Below, in pieces: positions 1-12,699 of a stretch of DNA of 64,000 bases; the stretch's first letter is position 1; every line of letters begins with the position of its first letter. The stretch is from Antarcticimicrobium sp. (GTDB taxonomy: Bacteria; Pseudomonadota; Alphaproteobacteria; Rhodobacterales; Rhodobacteraceae). Location: NCBI RefSeq assembly GCF_029212575.1, contig NZ_JARGPK010000035.1, forward strand, positions 7,089-71,088, given 5' to 3'. The notes under the pieces are model-generated. The model ran no database searches. It had not been told where the DNA came from and saw only the letters and a program-made list of their open reading frames with translations. A program made the translations under genes and the position numbers.

Positions 1-3
1 ATT

Positions 4-37
4 GCATTAAATTAATGAAATAATGCAAAATTTGCAT
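4..37. promoter_or_regulatory. Candidate LysR-type operator: overlapping perfect palindromes GCATTA-N11-TAATGC (4-26) and ATGCAAA-A-TTTGCAT (23-37)
   Basis: Read directly in the AT-rich first 60 nt. T-N11-A style inverted repeat lies 40-70 nt upstream of the LysR-family ATG at 77. Confidence 0.4.
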
Positions 38-76
38 GATACGGGCTGACCGGGCCCGACACGGAGGAGCCGGCAA

Positions 77-1036
77 ATGCGCCTGTCGACGCTGGAATGC
101 TTTGTCATCCTGAACGACATGGGCAGCTTCCATGCCGCTGCGAATGCGCTGAACCTGTCACAGCCGGCGCTGAGCCGGCGTATTTCGACGCTTGAGGCCG
201 ACCTCGGGGTCAAATTGCTTGATCGCAAGCAGAAAAAGGTGACGCTGACCCCTGTCGGTGTCGAATTCCTCGAAAATGCGAAGCAAATCGTGGCGTTGAA
301 CGACAAGATGGTCAAACGCACGCGGGAGGTTGGCGTCGCCACCGGGCGGACCATTTCGGTCGGGACGATACCGTCGCTGATCGAACCGCTGGTCATCCCG
401 GTGGCCCGGAACTTCAGCGCCCGATACAAGCTGGTGCGCCTTTCGGTGCATGAGGCGAATTCCGATACTGTGGTGAAATTCGTCGCGAACGGAGATGTGG
501 ATTTCGGGATCGGCATCGCCATGACCCGGCCCGAAGAAACCGAGTTTGTGCCTTTGTTTTCCGAGCCACTTTGCGTCGCATTCTCCAACAACCACGTTCT
601 CGCTCAGGAGGACCGGATTGGGTGGAAAGTGCTCGAGGACTTCCCCGTCTCTTACAACTCCTCGAGCAGCGGCAACTGGCTGCAGATCCAAAGCGCCCTG
701 AGATCGCGAGAGGTTTACCCCGACTGGCGCCATGAGTGTCTTTCGTTGATGGGGGTCCTGTCCTTCGTCGCCACAGGATCGTCCATTGCCATTCTGCCCA
801 AGTCGCTGGCGATTTCGGATCTGACCAAGTCCCTGACATTCAGGGAAGTACCCGATGTTCCCATCGAACGACAGATTGGCGTTTTCTACAAACCGACACG
901 CCGGTCGATCGACCTGGTCGATCGGTTTCTGACCATGATCCTGTCGACAGCTGCCGAGCCGGCCTTCCTGCAAAGGATCGGATCAAAGCCTTCGGGCCGA
1001 TACAGGAAAACGCCACCAGACCGGCAGCCTGAATAG
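77..1036 (+). CDS. LysR family transcriptional regulator
   Basis: 319-aa ORF. N-terminal wHTH FHAAANALNLSQPALSRRISTLEADLGVKLLDR is typical of LTTRs, followed by a long effector-binding-type C-terminal domain. Confidence 0.9.
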   Translation: MRLSTLECFVILNDMGSFHAAANALNLSQPALSRRISTLEADLGVKLLDRKQKKVTLTPVGVEFLENAKQIVALNDKMVKRTREVGVATGRTISVGTIPSLIEPLVIPVARNFSARYKLVRLSVHEANSDTVVKFVANGDVDFGIGIAMTRPEETEFVPLFSEPLCVAFSNNHVLAQEDRIGWKVLEDFPVSYNSSSSGNWLQIQSALRSREVYPDWRHECLSLMGVLSFVATGSSIAILPKSLAISDLTKSLTFREVPDVPIERQIGVFYKPTRRSIDLVDRFLTMILSTAAEPAFLQRIGSKPSGRYRKTPPDRQPE

Positions 1037-1384
1037 GGCGGCTTCCGGCAGGTTCATCTCTGGCTTGCAACCTGTCCGCCGGATCGAAAGGGCGATGGCT
1101 CCCCAGTTGAGATCTGTTGCGCAGACCCTGAAGGGGGTTCACCCGGTGAGGCCAGTAGGTTCGATCCGGGCCAATCGCCGACAGCCACCGTCAGGGCAAC
1201 GGGGGGCCGGATCCAGTCAATAGAGGACAGACTTCACACATGCAGGTCAAAGGCTTCGATGATCGGCAAGGGTAAATGCTGTGACCATGCGGCAGTCCTG
1301 CGTCGGGAAAACAGTGCCCCACATTGTTTTCTGATCCTCCTCACCTTCTTCAAAACCAAACAGGCCGAGCTTATCTGGCGGCGG

Positions 1385-2236
1385 TCATGGGCGGCGCTGG
1401 AACAGGATCACCAGCAACGCCAGCAGCGACGATCCCAGCATCAGGAGCAGCGAGACGGAGTTCAGAAGGGGGGTTGAGCCTTCTTTCAGCCGGTCGAACA
1501 TGGCGATGGTCAGCGGCGCGTCGGAGCCCACCAGCATCAAGGTGGTGTTGAAGTTCTCGAAGCTCATCAGAAAGGCCACGACCACCGCGCCGATCATTGC
1601 CGGGGCGAGGAAGGGGAGCGTGATCGTGCGCACCGCCGTCAACCGGTCCGCCCCGAGGTTCAGCGCCGCCTCTTCCAGCGTGCGGTCGAACTTCTGCAGC
1701 CGGGCCGAGATCACCAGTGTCGCAATCGTCGTGATGAAACTGAACTGCCCGAGGATCACCAGCAGCAGGCCGGGGCGCAGTGCCTGGATGTCCATTTGCG
1801 CCAGATCCCAGACGCCGTTGGCCAGCGTCGACGAGAACACGAGGATCGAGATGCCCAGCACGATGCCGGGGATCACCAGCGGCAAGAGCATCAGCACGTA
1901 AAGCAGCCCCTTGCCGCGGAAATCGTAGCGGTTGAACAGGAAGGCGTTGGTGGTGCCGACGCCGACCGAAAGCACCGCCACGCAGACCGCGACAAAGGCC
2001 GAGGTGCCCACCGCCCGCAGGATGCCGCGTTCGTGAAAGACGCCGATCTGCGGGCGCTCCTCGCCAAAGAACCAGTTCCAGGTGAACCCCTCCCACGGCA
2101 GCGAGGGGAACTGGCTGTCGTTGAAGGCGAAAACCGCCACCACGGTCAGCGGCAGGGCGAGGTAGAGAAAGAACAGTGCCACGTAGCCGCCATAGACCAG
2201 GCGAAAGGCGCGGGATTGCGGGATTGTCGGGATCAT
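1385..2236 (-). CDS. ABC transporter permease, polyamine type (PotC/PotI-like)
   Basis: 283-aa multi-TM ORF, last gene of a four-gene ABC operon. N-terminus ...LALPLTVVAVFAFNDSQFPSLPWEGFTWNWF resembles PotC-type permeases. Confidence 0.8.
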   Translation of the reverse strand: MIPTIPQSRAFRLVYGGYVALFFLYLALPLTVVAVFAFNDSQFPSLPWEGFTWNWFFGEERPQIGVFHERGILRAVGTSAFVAVCVAVLSVGVGTTNAFLFNRYDFRGKGLLYVLMLLPLVIPGIVLGISILVFSSTLANGVWDLAQMDIQALRPGLLLVILGQFSFITTIATLVISARLQKFDRTLEEAALNLGADRLTAVRTITLPFLAPAMIGAVVVAFLMSFENFNTTLMLVGSDAPLTIAMFDRLKEGSTPLLNSVSLLLMLGSSLLALLVILFQRRP

Positions 2237-2240
2237 TCGG

Positions 2241-3098
2241 TCACCCCATCGTTTCCTTCAGCGTCCGCCCGGTCAGCCGCAGCATCCCCCAGACGATCAC
2301 GGAAGACAGCACCAGCAGCATGAATCCGAACGCGGCCCCCAGTTCCCAGTTCGAGCGCACGATGAACTGGTTGTAGATCATCTCGGTGAACCACAGGCTG
2401 TCCTTGCCGCCCAGCATTGTCGGCGTCAGGTAGTTGCCCAGCGACAGCATGAAGACCACGATACACCCCGAGACGATGCCGGGCATGGCATGGGGGATGA
2501 TGATCTCGCGCAGGACCGACAGGCCGTTGCCGCCAAGGTCGTAGCCCGCCTCGATCACACTGTCGTCGAGGCTTTCGAGCGTGGTCACCAATGGCACCAC
2601 CATGAACAGCATCGACGTATAGACGAGGCCGACCATCATGGTGGCATCCGTATAAAGCAGTTCCACCGGCTGATCCGCCAGACCCGTCCATTGCAGCAGG
2701 TTCGACACGATGCCGGTTTCGCGCAGCAGGATCATCCAGCCAAAGGTCCGCACCAGTTCCGACACGTAAAACGGGATCAGGCACAGCATGAAGAGCACCT
2801 GCTGCAATCGCCCCTTTGCCATCTTGGCGATGTAATAGGCCACCGGAAAGGCGATGAGCAGCGTGATCGCCGTGGCCAGCACCGACATGACCGCGGTGCG
2901 CCAGAACGTGCGCAGGTAGAGCGGCTCTGTCAGGGCTTTTTTGTATTGCGTGAGGCTGGTCTCGTAGACGCCGAAGCTGACGCGTTCGCGCAGCGAGATC
3001 AGCAGCATGTCGACATGCGGAATGAGAATGAGCAGGCCGAGCCACAGCACCAGCGGTGAAAGCAGCAGGATGAACGCGATGCGGGACTGGTGGCGCAT
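2241..3098 (-). CDS. ABC transporter permease, polyamine type (PotB/PotH-like)
   Basis: Start trimmed from the 407-aa track ORF to MRHQSRIAFILLLSPLVLWLG at 3098. That ATG overlaps the upstream ATPase stop (TGATG at 3096-3100). The longer N-terminus is Arg/Gly-rich shadow sequence. Confidence 0.8.
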   Translation of the reverse strand: MRHQSRIAFILLLSPLVLWLGLLILIPHVDMLLISLRERVSFGVYETSLTQYKKALTEPLYLRTFWRTAVMSVLATAITLLIAFPVAYYIAKMAKGRLQQVLFMLCLIPFYVSELVRTFGWMILLRETGIVSNLLQWTGLADQPVELLYTDATMMVGLVYTSMLFMVVPLVTTLESLDDSVIEAGYDLGGNGLSVLREIIIPHAMPGIVSGCIVVFMLSLGNYLTPTMLGGKDSLWFTEMIYNQFIVRSNWELGAAFGFMLLVLSSVIVWGMLRLTGRTLKETMG

Positions 3099-4183
3099 CA
3101 CGCGGCCCCGAAGCAGGCGGCCTGATCCGCGGCCCAGCCGATATGCACCGTGTCGCCGCGTTTCAGCGACGCGAATTCGCCCGACTGGGGGAGGGTGACC
3201 TCCAGGATCTCGCCCGCATCGTCCTGCACCAGCACGCGCGAGGCCGCGCCGTTGAACAGGAGGCTGGTGACGGTACCTTTCAACTGGTTGTCGAAACGCG
3301 ACAGCGCCTCGGCGCTGCCGGCAAGGCGGATCGTTTCCGGGCGGACGAAAATCTCGGCGTTGTCGCCTTCGGACAGGGCGGCCCCGGCGGCGCGCATGGC
3401 CAAACCGGTATCGGTGCGCAGTTGCATCACGCCGCCCTCGGCCCGCTCGATGCGGCCTTTCCAACGGTTCGATTCGCCGATGAACCCGGCGACAAAGGGT
3501 GTACCGGGCCGATAGTACAGATCCTGCCCGCTGCCGACTTGCTCGAACCGTCCAGCGTTCATCACGGCGATCTGGTCGGACATGACCAACGCTTCGGACT
3601 GGTCATGGGTGATGTAGACGAAGGTGGTGTCGAACGCGGCCTGAAGTGCTTTCAACTCCACCTTCATGTGCTCGCGCAGCTTCAGGTCCAGCGCGCCAAG
3701 CGGTTCGTCCAGCAACAGCACATCCGGCTCCAGCACCATGCAGCGGGCGATGGCCACGCGCTGCTTCTGCCCACCGGACAATTCGTCCACCTTGCGCCCG
3801 CCGATCCCCGGCAGGCCGATGCGGTCGAGCGCCTCGTCCACCTTGCGGTCGATCTCGTCTCTGGACATGCCGCGACGGCGCAGACCGTAGCCGATGTTCT
3901 CGGCGATGGTCATCATCGGGAACAGCGCCAGATGCTGGAACACCATGTTCACCGGTCGCTTGTTCGGCGGCGTATCCAGCACCGAGCCGCCCTTGATCCG
4001 GATGTCGCCCGAGGTCGGGTCGAGAAAGCCCGCGATCATGCGCATGATCGTGGTCTTGCCGCAGCCCGAAGGCCCGAGGATTGAAAAGAAGCTGCCCGGC
4101 GGCACCGAGAAGGAGACGTTGTCGACAGCCGTGGTATCGCCGAATCGCTTCACGAGATCGACGCACTCCAGATCAGGGGTCAT
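3098..4183 (-). CDS. ABC transporter ATP-binding protein (PotA/PotG-like)
   Basis: Walker A GPSGCGKTT, signature LSGGQKQRVAIAR, Walker B LLLDEPLGALD, and a C-terminal TOBE-like tail. Start chosen at MTPDLECVDLV (4183) because the longer start sits inside a hairpin. Confidence 0.9.
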   Translation of the reverse strand: MTPDLECVDLVKRFGDTTAVDNVSFSVPPGSFFSILGPSGCGKTTIMRMIAGFLDPTSGDIRIKGGSVLDTPPNKRPVNMVFQHLALFPMMTIAENIGYGLRRRGMSRDEIDRKVDEALDRIGLPGIGGRKVDELSGGQKQRVAIARCMVLEPDVLLLDEPLGALDLKLREHMKVELKALQAAFDTTFVYITHDQSEALVMSDQIAVMNAGRFEQVGSGQDLYYRPGTPFVAGFIGESNRWKGRIERAEGGVMQLRTDTGLAMRAAGAALSEGDNAEIFVRPETIRLAGSAEALSRFDNQLKGTVTSLLFNGAASRVLVQDDAGEILEVTLPQSGEFASLKRGDTVHIGWAADQAACFGAA

Positions 4184-4194
4184 GTGTATTCCGT

Positions 4195-4228
4195 AAAAGG
4201 GGGCGGCACCTGGCAAAGGGTGCCGCCC
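4195..4228 (-). terminator. Intra-operon hairpin (attenuator or partial terminator) between the binding-protein gene and the ATPase gene
   Basis: Perfect 10-bp stem GGGCGGCACC (4201-4210) / GGTGCCGCCC (4219-4228) with an 8-nt loop. On the transcribed minus strand it is followed by CCTTTT. Confidence 0.5.
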
Positions 4229-4234
4229 GGATGG

Positions 4235-5296
4235 TCAGTTGGCAGCCTGGACGCGGTCCAGCACTTCGCCTTCGATGGTTTCCAGCCCGGCGGGGACCGG
4301 CGGATACCACTTGATGTTGTCGATGGCCTCTTGCGGAAAGCTCGCCTGATACTTGGCCTTGAGACCGGCCTCGGCGAACTCGTCTGCCCCGGCAGAGGCG
4401 GTGAAGTTGCCTGCCGCTGCGGTGATCATGGCCGCGATTTCCGGCTGCATCACGAAGTTGATCCACGCATAGGCGACATCATCGGCCTGGCCCTTGGCGG
4501 GCAGGACAAAGGTATCGATCCAGCCCAGGGCACCGGATGCGGGCGCGACAAAGGTGATGTCGGCGTTGTCGTCGTTCAGCTTCCAGCCGCCGGTATCCCA
4601 CGCCATGGACGCGGTCACCTCGCCCGAGCGGACCAGGTTCATCAGCTCGTCGCCGCCGCCCCAGTAGGTTTTGACGTTGGCCTTGCACTCGACCAGCTTG
4701 GCCTCGACCTTGCCCATGATCTCCTTGTATTTTGCCTCGTCGCCGTAGGCCGCAAAGGGATCTTCGCCCATGGCGAAGGCAAAGCCGATCAGGGTCGGAC
4801 GTTTCAGGCGGTAGGACACCTTGCCGGCGACAGCCGGGTCGCAAAGGTCGGTGTAATCCTTGACGATGTCTCCGGCCTCGGCGGTGTTCATTACCAGGCC
4901 GGAGGTGCCCCAGACATGCGGCACGCCATAGACGTCACCCTTCACCGTGGTGTTTGCCATCGTGGCCTTCAGCATGGACGGGATGAACTGGTCCTGGTCC
5001 AGCTTCGAGACATCCATCGGCTTGTAGATGCCGAATTCCATCTGCGGGCCCATCACGCGGTCCTGCGAGGGCTGCGCGAGGTCGAAGCCGCCACCGCCGG
5101 TTGCGCGCAGCTTGGCGATCATTTCCTCGTTGTTGGATTTCGTCACTTCGACGGTGTGGCCGGTCTGTTTCTCGAACATCGCCACCACGTCATCGGGTGC
5201 GTAGCCGCCCCAGGTCAGAAGGCGCAGCGTGTCAGCCTGCGCAATGGAAGCGAGACCCGCCAGCAGGGTGCTGGCCAGCAGAATGGTTCGGGTCAT
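4235..5296 (-). CDS. Periplasmic polyamine-type (spermidine/putrescine family) substrate-binding protein
   Basis: Start trimmed to MTRTILLASTLLAGLASIAQA (signal peptide). The mature part begins DTLRLLTWGGYAPDD, typical of PotD/PotF-family binding proteins. First gene of the operon. Confidence 0.85.
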   Translation of the reverse strand: MTRTILLASTLLAGLASIAQADTLRLLTWGGYAPDDVVAMFEKQTGHTVEVTKSNNEEMIAKLRATGGGGFDLAQPSQDRVMGPQMEFGIYKPMDVSKLDQDQFIPSMLKATMANTTVKGDVYGVPHVWGTSGLVMNTAEAGDIVKDYTDLCDPAVAGKVSYRLKRPTLIGFAFAMGEDPFAAYGDEAKYKEIMGKVEAKLVECKANVKTYWGGGDELMNLVRSGEVTASMAWDTGGWKLNDDNADITFVAPASGALGWIDTFVLPAKGQADDVAYAWINFVMQPEIAAMITAAAGNFTASAGADEFAEAGLKAKYQASFPQEAIDNIKWYPPVPAGLETIEGEVLDRVQAAN

Positions 5297-5955
5297 GGGG
5301 TGTCCTCTCTGTTGTGTTCTGTGATTCCGGAAAGAGTGCTCGCATTGGACCAAATGGTCAAATTATAGTTCAACGCGAAACGCCTCGTTTTCACACGATA
5401 TTGCGAAACCGATGTGACAACCCGGAGAATCTTCGTTCGTCCTGCACCACTTGCGTGGAAATCGCACGTCGCATGGTTGTCAGGCGGAACCATCGCACCG
5501 GGCCGGGCTCACCGCAAAGCTCGCCCCTCTCTGCCATGATCCCGTCGAGGCGCGTCTTCGGCGATTGGTCCGAGACAGGGGGGAGGTCGCCCCATCCCTG
5601 GGTCTCTTTCAAACCACAGCGATGATCCGGCGCAGCCCGATCCGATCCAGGGGGCAAACCCAAAAGGGTCATAAGGGATATTGACGCAAGCGCGGGCGCG
5701 GGACGCTTTATGCGTCGCCGCCGGCTCAGGTCGGCTCCCTCTAAGGTGCGACAGGCGAATTACCAGGAACGACCGCACCGCCGGGGCTTGCAACCGGGTT
5801 GCCCTATGCCTCAGGGTTCGACAGTAGACCACAGCGGATCGAGTCCATCCGGTGCCTCGCCTCACAGGCAGCCGAACGGGGCCGGAGGGACACGAGGAAC
5901 GGAACCCCAGCAGAGGGCCGGCGCCCCTGAACATGCGAAAAGGTAGCGGAGAACA

Positions 5956-7584
5956 ATGGCCGAGGCGAAAACCTACACGTACCAATCGATTGCGCGCGCC
6001 ATCCAGGATCATGGGATCGACACCATGTTCGGCCTCATGGGGGACGCGAACCTGTTCATGGTCGATCACTATGTCCGCGCCTGCGCCGGCACCTTCGTTC
6101 CGGTCGCCTTCGAAGGCAGCTCGGTCCTGATGGCGCTGGCCTATTCCCATGTGTCCGGCCGGGTGGGCGTGGCCACCGTGACGCACGGCCCGGCCCTGAC
6201 CAACTGCACCACCGCCCTGACCGAGGGGGCGCGGGGGCATATCCCGATGGTGCTTCTGGCGGGCGATACGCCGGTCATGACGCCGCAGAACCTGCAGAAC
6301 ATCGATCAGCGCGAGTTGGTCAAGGTCACCGGCGCCGGGTTCGAGCAGATCCGCGCGCCCGAGACCGCGGCCTATGACATCGCCCATGCGTTCTACCGCG
6401 CCCGGGTGGAGAAGCGGCCCATCGTCGTGAACATGCCGTCCGATTTCATGTGGCAGGAAGTGGCCCATGAAAAGACCGTGTTCCAGGCCTTCGACGCGCC
6501 GGCCTATGTGCCCGAGGGCGACGACCTCGACGCGGCCATCGGCATGATCGCCTCGGCCAGGCGCCCGGTCATCCTGGCCGGGGCCGGGGCGGCCGGGGCC
6601 CGCGACAAGCTGATCCGCCTGGCCGACCGGCTGGAGGCGCCGCTGGCCACCACGCTCAAGGCCAAGGGGCTGTTCAACCGCCACCCCTACAACATGGATA
6701 TTTTCGGCACGCTCAGCACCCCGGCGGCCTATGAGGTGATCGCCAAGGCTGATTGCGTCGTCTGTTTCGGCACCAGCCTGCACTATTTCACCACCGACAA
6801 GGGTGCTCTGATGAAGGGCAAGCGCGTCGTTCAGATCAACAACAGCGTCCCCGAGGTCAGCAAGAATTTCCACCCGGATGCCGCGCTTGTGGCCGATGCG
6901 GGGCTGACCGCCGACAATATCGTCTATTGGCTGGACGAGGCCGAGATCGCGCCCACCGCCTTTACCGGCGAGCTGGACATGGCGGAACTGACGGCGCACC
7001 CGGCGGGACAGGCCGAGAAATCCGCGCCCGGCTACGTGAATTTCGTCTACGCGCTGGACCGGCTCGAACAGGCGCTGCCCAAGGATCGGGTCCTGACAAC
7101 CGATGGCGGCCGCTTCATGACCGAGGTCTGGTGCCGGGTGTCCGCGCCCGATCCGCACAGCTTTATCGTCACCGCGAATTTCGGCTCCATCGGCCTTGGC
7201 GTGCCTGAGGCGATCGGCGCGAGCCTTGCCGCGGCCGGCCGGCCGGTCGTGCTGTTCACCGGCGATGGCGGCTTCATGATGGGCGGGGTGAACGAATTCA
7301 ACACCGCCGTCCGCCTGAAGCAGGACCTGATCGTCATCGTCTGCAACGACTCCGCCTATGGCGCCGAGCACATCCAGTTCCTCGACCGCAGCATGGACCC
7401 CGGCCTTTCCCAGTTCGAGTGGCCGCGGTTCTCGGACGTGGCGACCGCGCTGGGGGGGCGAGGCGTCCACGTTCAATCGAACGACGATCTGGAAGCCGCC
7501 GTCGAGGCGATCGAAACCCGCGACGGACCATTGCTGATCGAGCTGCGCCTCGATCCCAACGACGTGCCCCGGATGCGGCTGTGA
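5956..7584 (+). CDS. Thiamine-pyrophosphate-dependent enzyme (acetolactate synthase / benzoylformate decarboxylase superfamily)
   Basis: 542-aa ORF. N-terminal PYR domain (GIDTMFGLMGDANL ... THGPALTNCTTALTEGARGHIPMVLLAGD) and C-terminal TPP-binding motif (GDGGFMMGGVNEFNTAVR...VIVCNDSAYG). Confidence 0.85.
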   Translation: MAEAKTYTYQSIARAIQDHGIDTMFGLMGDANLFMVDHYVRACAGTFVPVAFEGSSVLMALAYSHVSGRVGVATVTHGPALTNCTTALTEGARGHIPMVLLAGDTPVMTPQNLQNIDQRELVKVTGAGFEQIRAPETAAYDIAHAFYRARVEKRPIVVNMPSDFMWQEVAHEKTVFQAFDAPAYVPEGDDLDAAIGMIASARRPVILAGAGAAGARDKLIRLADRLEAPLATTLKAKGLFNRHPYNMDIFGTLSTPAAYEVIAKADCVVCFGTSLHYFTTDKGALMKGKRVVQINNSVPEVSKNFHPDAALVADAGLTADNIVYWLDEAEIAPTAFTGELDMAELTAHPAGQAEKSAPGYVNFVYALDRLEQALPKDRVLTTDGGRFMTEVWCRVSAPDPHSFIVTANFGSIGLGVPEAIGASLAAAGRPVVLFTGDGGFMMGGVNEFNTAVRLKQDLIVIVCNDSAYGAEHIQFLDRSMDPGLSQFEWPRFSDVATALGGRGVHVQSNDDLEAAVEAIETRDGPLLIELRLDPNDVPRMRL

Positions 7585-7696
7585 CGCCGGCCGGGCCGGC
7601 GCGCGCCCGCTTCGGGTCTGCAGCATTGTTGTCATTTCGCTGTGGCATCTGGCAGTCTGTACATATTAGGATTTTCGCATGGCGAAAGGAGCCGGG

Positions 7697-7975
7697 ATGG
7701 ACAAGAAATACGTGATCGGGGCCGCCGTCGCTGTCGGGGCGCTGGTGCTGGTGCCGGGCCTAGCCGCGGCGCTGGCCCGGGCCGGAGAGCCGCTGAAACG
7801 CGCTGCCGTGCGCAGCGGCGCCACCGCCTGGGACGAATTCCGCAAGGCCGGATCGGAAGTCTACGAACACATGGAAGACCTGGCCGCCGAGTTCCAGGCC
7901 GAGGTCGCGGCGCGCGAAGCGCAGCCCGAGGCGGCAGAGCCGGACGCGGCATCGGGCGTGCGGGATGCCGGATAA
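7697..7975 (+). CDS. Small membrane-anchored protein (DUF5132-like), function unknown
   Basis: Start at MDKKYVIGAAVAVGALVLVPGLAAAL (AAGGAG 6 nt upstream). One hydrophobic helix is followed by a charged helical tail. It overlaps the next gene by 11 nt. Confidence 0.5.
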   Translation: MDKKYVIGAAVAVGALVLVPGLAAALARAGEPLKRAAVRSGATAWDEFRKAGSEVYEHMEDLAAEFQAEVAAREAQPEAAEPDAASGVRDAG

Positions 7976-8432
7976 GCTGGTCACGCTGGAGTGCCACCAT
8001 TCCGTGGCCGGGCGCGCGCGGTTGCGCCCGTCGCAGGAGATGGAGGCCGAGGATCTTCTGGCTCTGTCAGACAGGGTGGTCACGCTGCCCGGTATCTCCC
8101 GCGTGCTGGCGCGGCCGAACACCGGCAGCCTGATCCTTGAATTCGACGCCGATCCCGAAACCGTCTTTGCGGCAATGGAGGCGCAGGGCATCGCACGGGT
8201 GCGCGCGCCTGCCCCGCCGCCGCCGATCGGTCAGGTCGCGCAGCTCGGCATGTTGCAGGCCGACATGAAGCTCAAGCAGAGCACCAACAGCGCGCTGGAT
8301 CTGAATACGTCCATCGCGCTCTTGCTGGCGGTCATCGCGGCGTTTCAGGCCAGCCGCGGCAAACTCGCGGGGCCAGCGACCACGCTGTTGATGTCGGCGC
8401 TGTCGGCGCTGGATCGCGGCGCCAGGAAATAG
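7965..8432 (+). CDS. Stand-alone HMA-like (ferredoxin-fold, no CxxC) domain protein with a C-terminal hydrophobic segment
   Basis: 155 aa. LVTLECHHSVAGRARLRP...TGSLILEFD mirrors the N-terminal extension of the neighbouring P-type ATPase (FTVEHATATGRLRLRHP...TGSIILHHD). Confidence 0.55.
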   Translation: MPDKLVTLECHHSVAGRARLRPSQEMEAEDLLALSDRVVTLPGISRVLARPNTGSLILEFDADPETVFAAMEAQGIARVRAPAPPPPIGQVAQLGMLQADMKLKQSTNSALDLNTSIALLLAVIAAFQASRGKLAGPATTLLMSALSALDRGARK

Positions 8433-8438
8433 GCCCGC

Positions 8439-9559
8439 TCAGGCCAGACGGGCGGCGGCGGAAACCACTTCCCACGGGGTGTCGATGTCGCTGCGCCCCA
8501 TCTGCCCGCCGCAGGCGAGATCGCGAAAGAACCGCCCGCCGCGCTCTGTCGGCAGATGCGCCAGACCCAGCCGTTCGGCGACAGCCCCAGCACGGAAATC
8601 GAACACCTCTGACAGCCGTCGGGAAAGCGCCGCGTCATCAACCCCGCCGCTGCCGAAGGTATCGACCTCGACCGAGGCCGGGGATTCGTCGCCCAGCAGA
8701 TAGGAAAGTTGAACCTCGCATTCCCGCGCCAGTCCGGCGGCAATGACGCAGCGCGCGGCCTGCCGGGCGGCGTATTGCGCGCTCCGGTCGATCCGGTCGG
8801 GCCCCTTGCCACTCAGCGCCGTGGCGCTCTGCCGGCAGTGGCCCCCATAGGTGTCGTCACCGATCTTGCGCCCGGTTAGGCCCGAATGCGCCTCTGGCCC
8901 GGTGCGCCCGGCAATGGGGACGCAGACCAGGCGGGTGGCGGCGCTCGGCACCAGCCGCGCGCCGTCGAACGCGGGCTCCAGCACCTCGACGCGCAAGGCC
9001 GCCTCGATCTGGACCGGCGTCAGGTCCGTATCCGCCCCGAAGGCCAGCGCAATGGCCGGAATGGCGACCGGGCTGCGGTTCTCAAACCGGACCGCGACCT
9101 GCGCCTGCGCATCGGACGAGAGCCAGGACAACCGCCCCTCGCACCGCGCCCGGGCCAGCGCACCGCTCAGCCGATGCGCCGCCCACTGGGCAAAGGGCAT
9201 GGCCTCCGGCGTGTGGTCGCAGGCGTAGCCAAAGGCAGTGGTCATCTGTGCGCGCGGTGCATCCGGCCGCGCCAGCCCGTCGGGATCGAGATCAAGCATC
9301 ACCGTCGGCGCCGCAGTCCCCGAGAGGTCATAGCCCGCGTCGGCAATCACCCCCCGGGCCAGCGTGGCCATGTCGCAGGGCGGGTCCGAGACGCCACGCA
9401 GCGAAAGGAAGACAACGCCGGAGCTGATCGCGCATTCGGCCACCGCCCGTGAGGTGGGGTTCGCGAACAGACAGGCGTCGATCACCGCGTCGCTGATCTG
9501 GTCACACAGTTTGTCGGGGTGGCCGGATGTGACCGACTCCGACGTCAGGACGAAATTCC

Positions 9560-9563
<4 letters not shown>
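8439..9563 (-). CDS. Divergent S-adenosylmethionine synthetase (MetK) family protein
   Basis: N-terminal MetK signature SESVTSGHPDKLCDQISDAV, plus GLTGRKIGDDTYGG and SGKGPDRIDRSAQYAAR. The GAGDQG block is not recognisable. The start overlaps the ATPase stop (ATGA at 9560-9563). Confidence 0.8.
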
Positions 9564-12496
<2,933 letters not shown>

Positions 12497-12699
12497 GTGT
12501 CCTGCCGCAGTTGCCTGGGACGATCCCTCACACAGGGGCGGGACCGACGCCTTGATCGGCATCAATAAAGGCCGCCCGGCCCTTCGCCAAACCGAAGCGT
12601 GCGCGGAAGCCGCCCGCGCCCCCGATTGTCAAGAAACCGCAGCATTCGCGCGTTACACGGCCCGCAACGGAGGCACCTAAACAAGGGAAACACTGTACC

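Noticed and set aside
1140-1175. GGTTCGATCC, a tRNA T-loop-like motif, in the gap after the first LysR gene. This raised the possibility of a tRNA fragment or integration att site.
   Set aside because: The flanking bases do not form a T-stem, acceptor stem or anticodon arm, and no integrase or direct repeat is nearby.
5836-5846. GGATCGAGTCC, a T-loop-like motif, considered as a tRNA, tmRNA or riboswitch element upstream of the TPP-enzyme gene
   Set aside because: The 7-nt loop does not fit the T-loop consensus. No acceptor or CCA context and no tmRNA tag ORF were found, and no match to TPP or cobalamin riboswitch cores was recognised. It is kept only as part of the unexplained long leader finding.
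5509-7635. 708-aa ORF antisense to the TPP-enzyme gene. Similar very long antisense ORFs occur at 9590-12568, 13513-15993, 16575-18278, 21731-23848, 28539-30602, 35270-37549, 42930-44153 and 53203-54423.
   Set aside because: These are typical high-GC shadow ORFs: Arg/Gly/Pro/His-rich low-complexity translations with no motifs. In each case the opposite strand encodes a protein with unambiguous family signatures.
12497-12565. Longer N-terminus (MMPIKASVPPLCEGSSQATAAGH) for the P-type ATPase
   Set aside because: The stand-alone HMA-like paralogue aligns from about 8 residues before the conserved beta-strand, favouring the ATG at 12496. The longer start cannot be excluded without experimental data.
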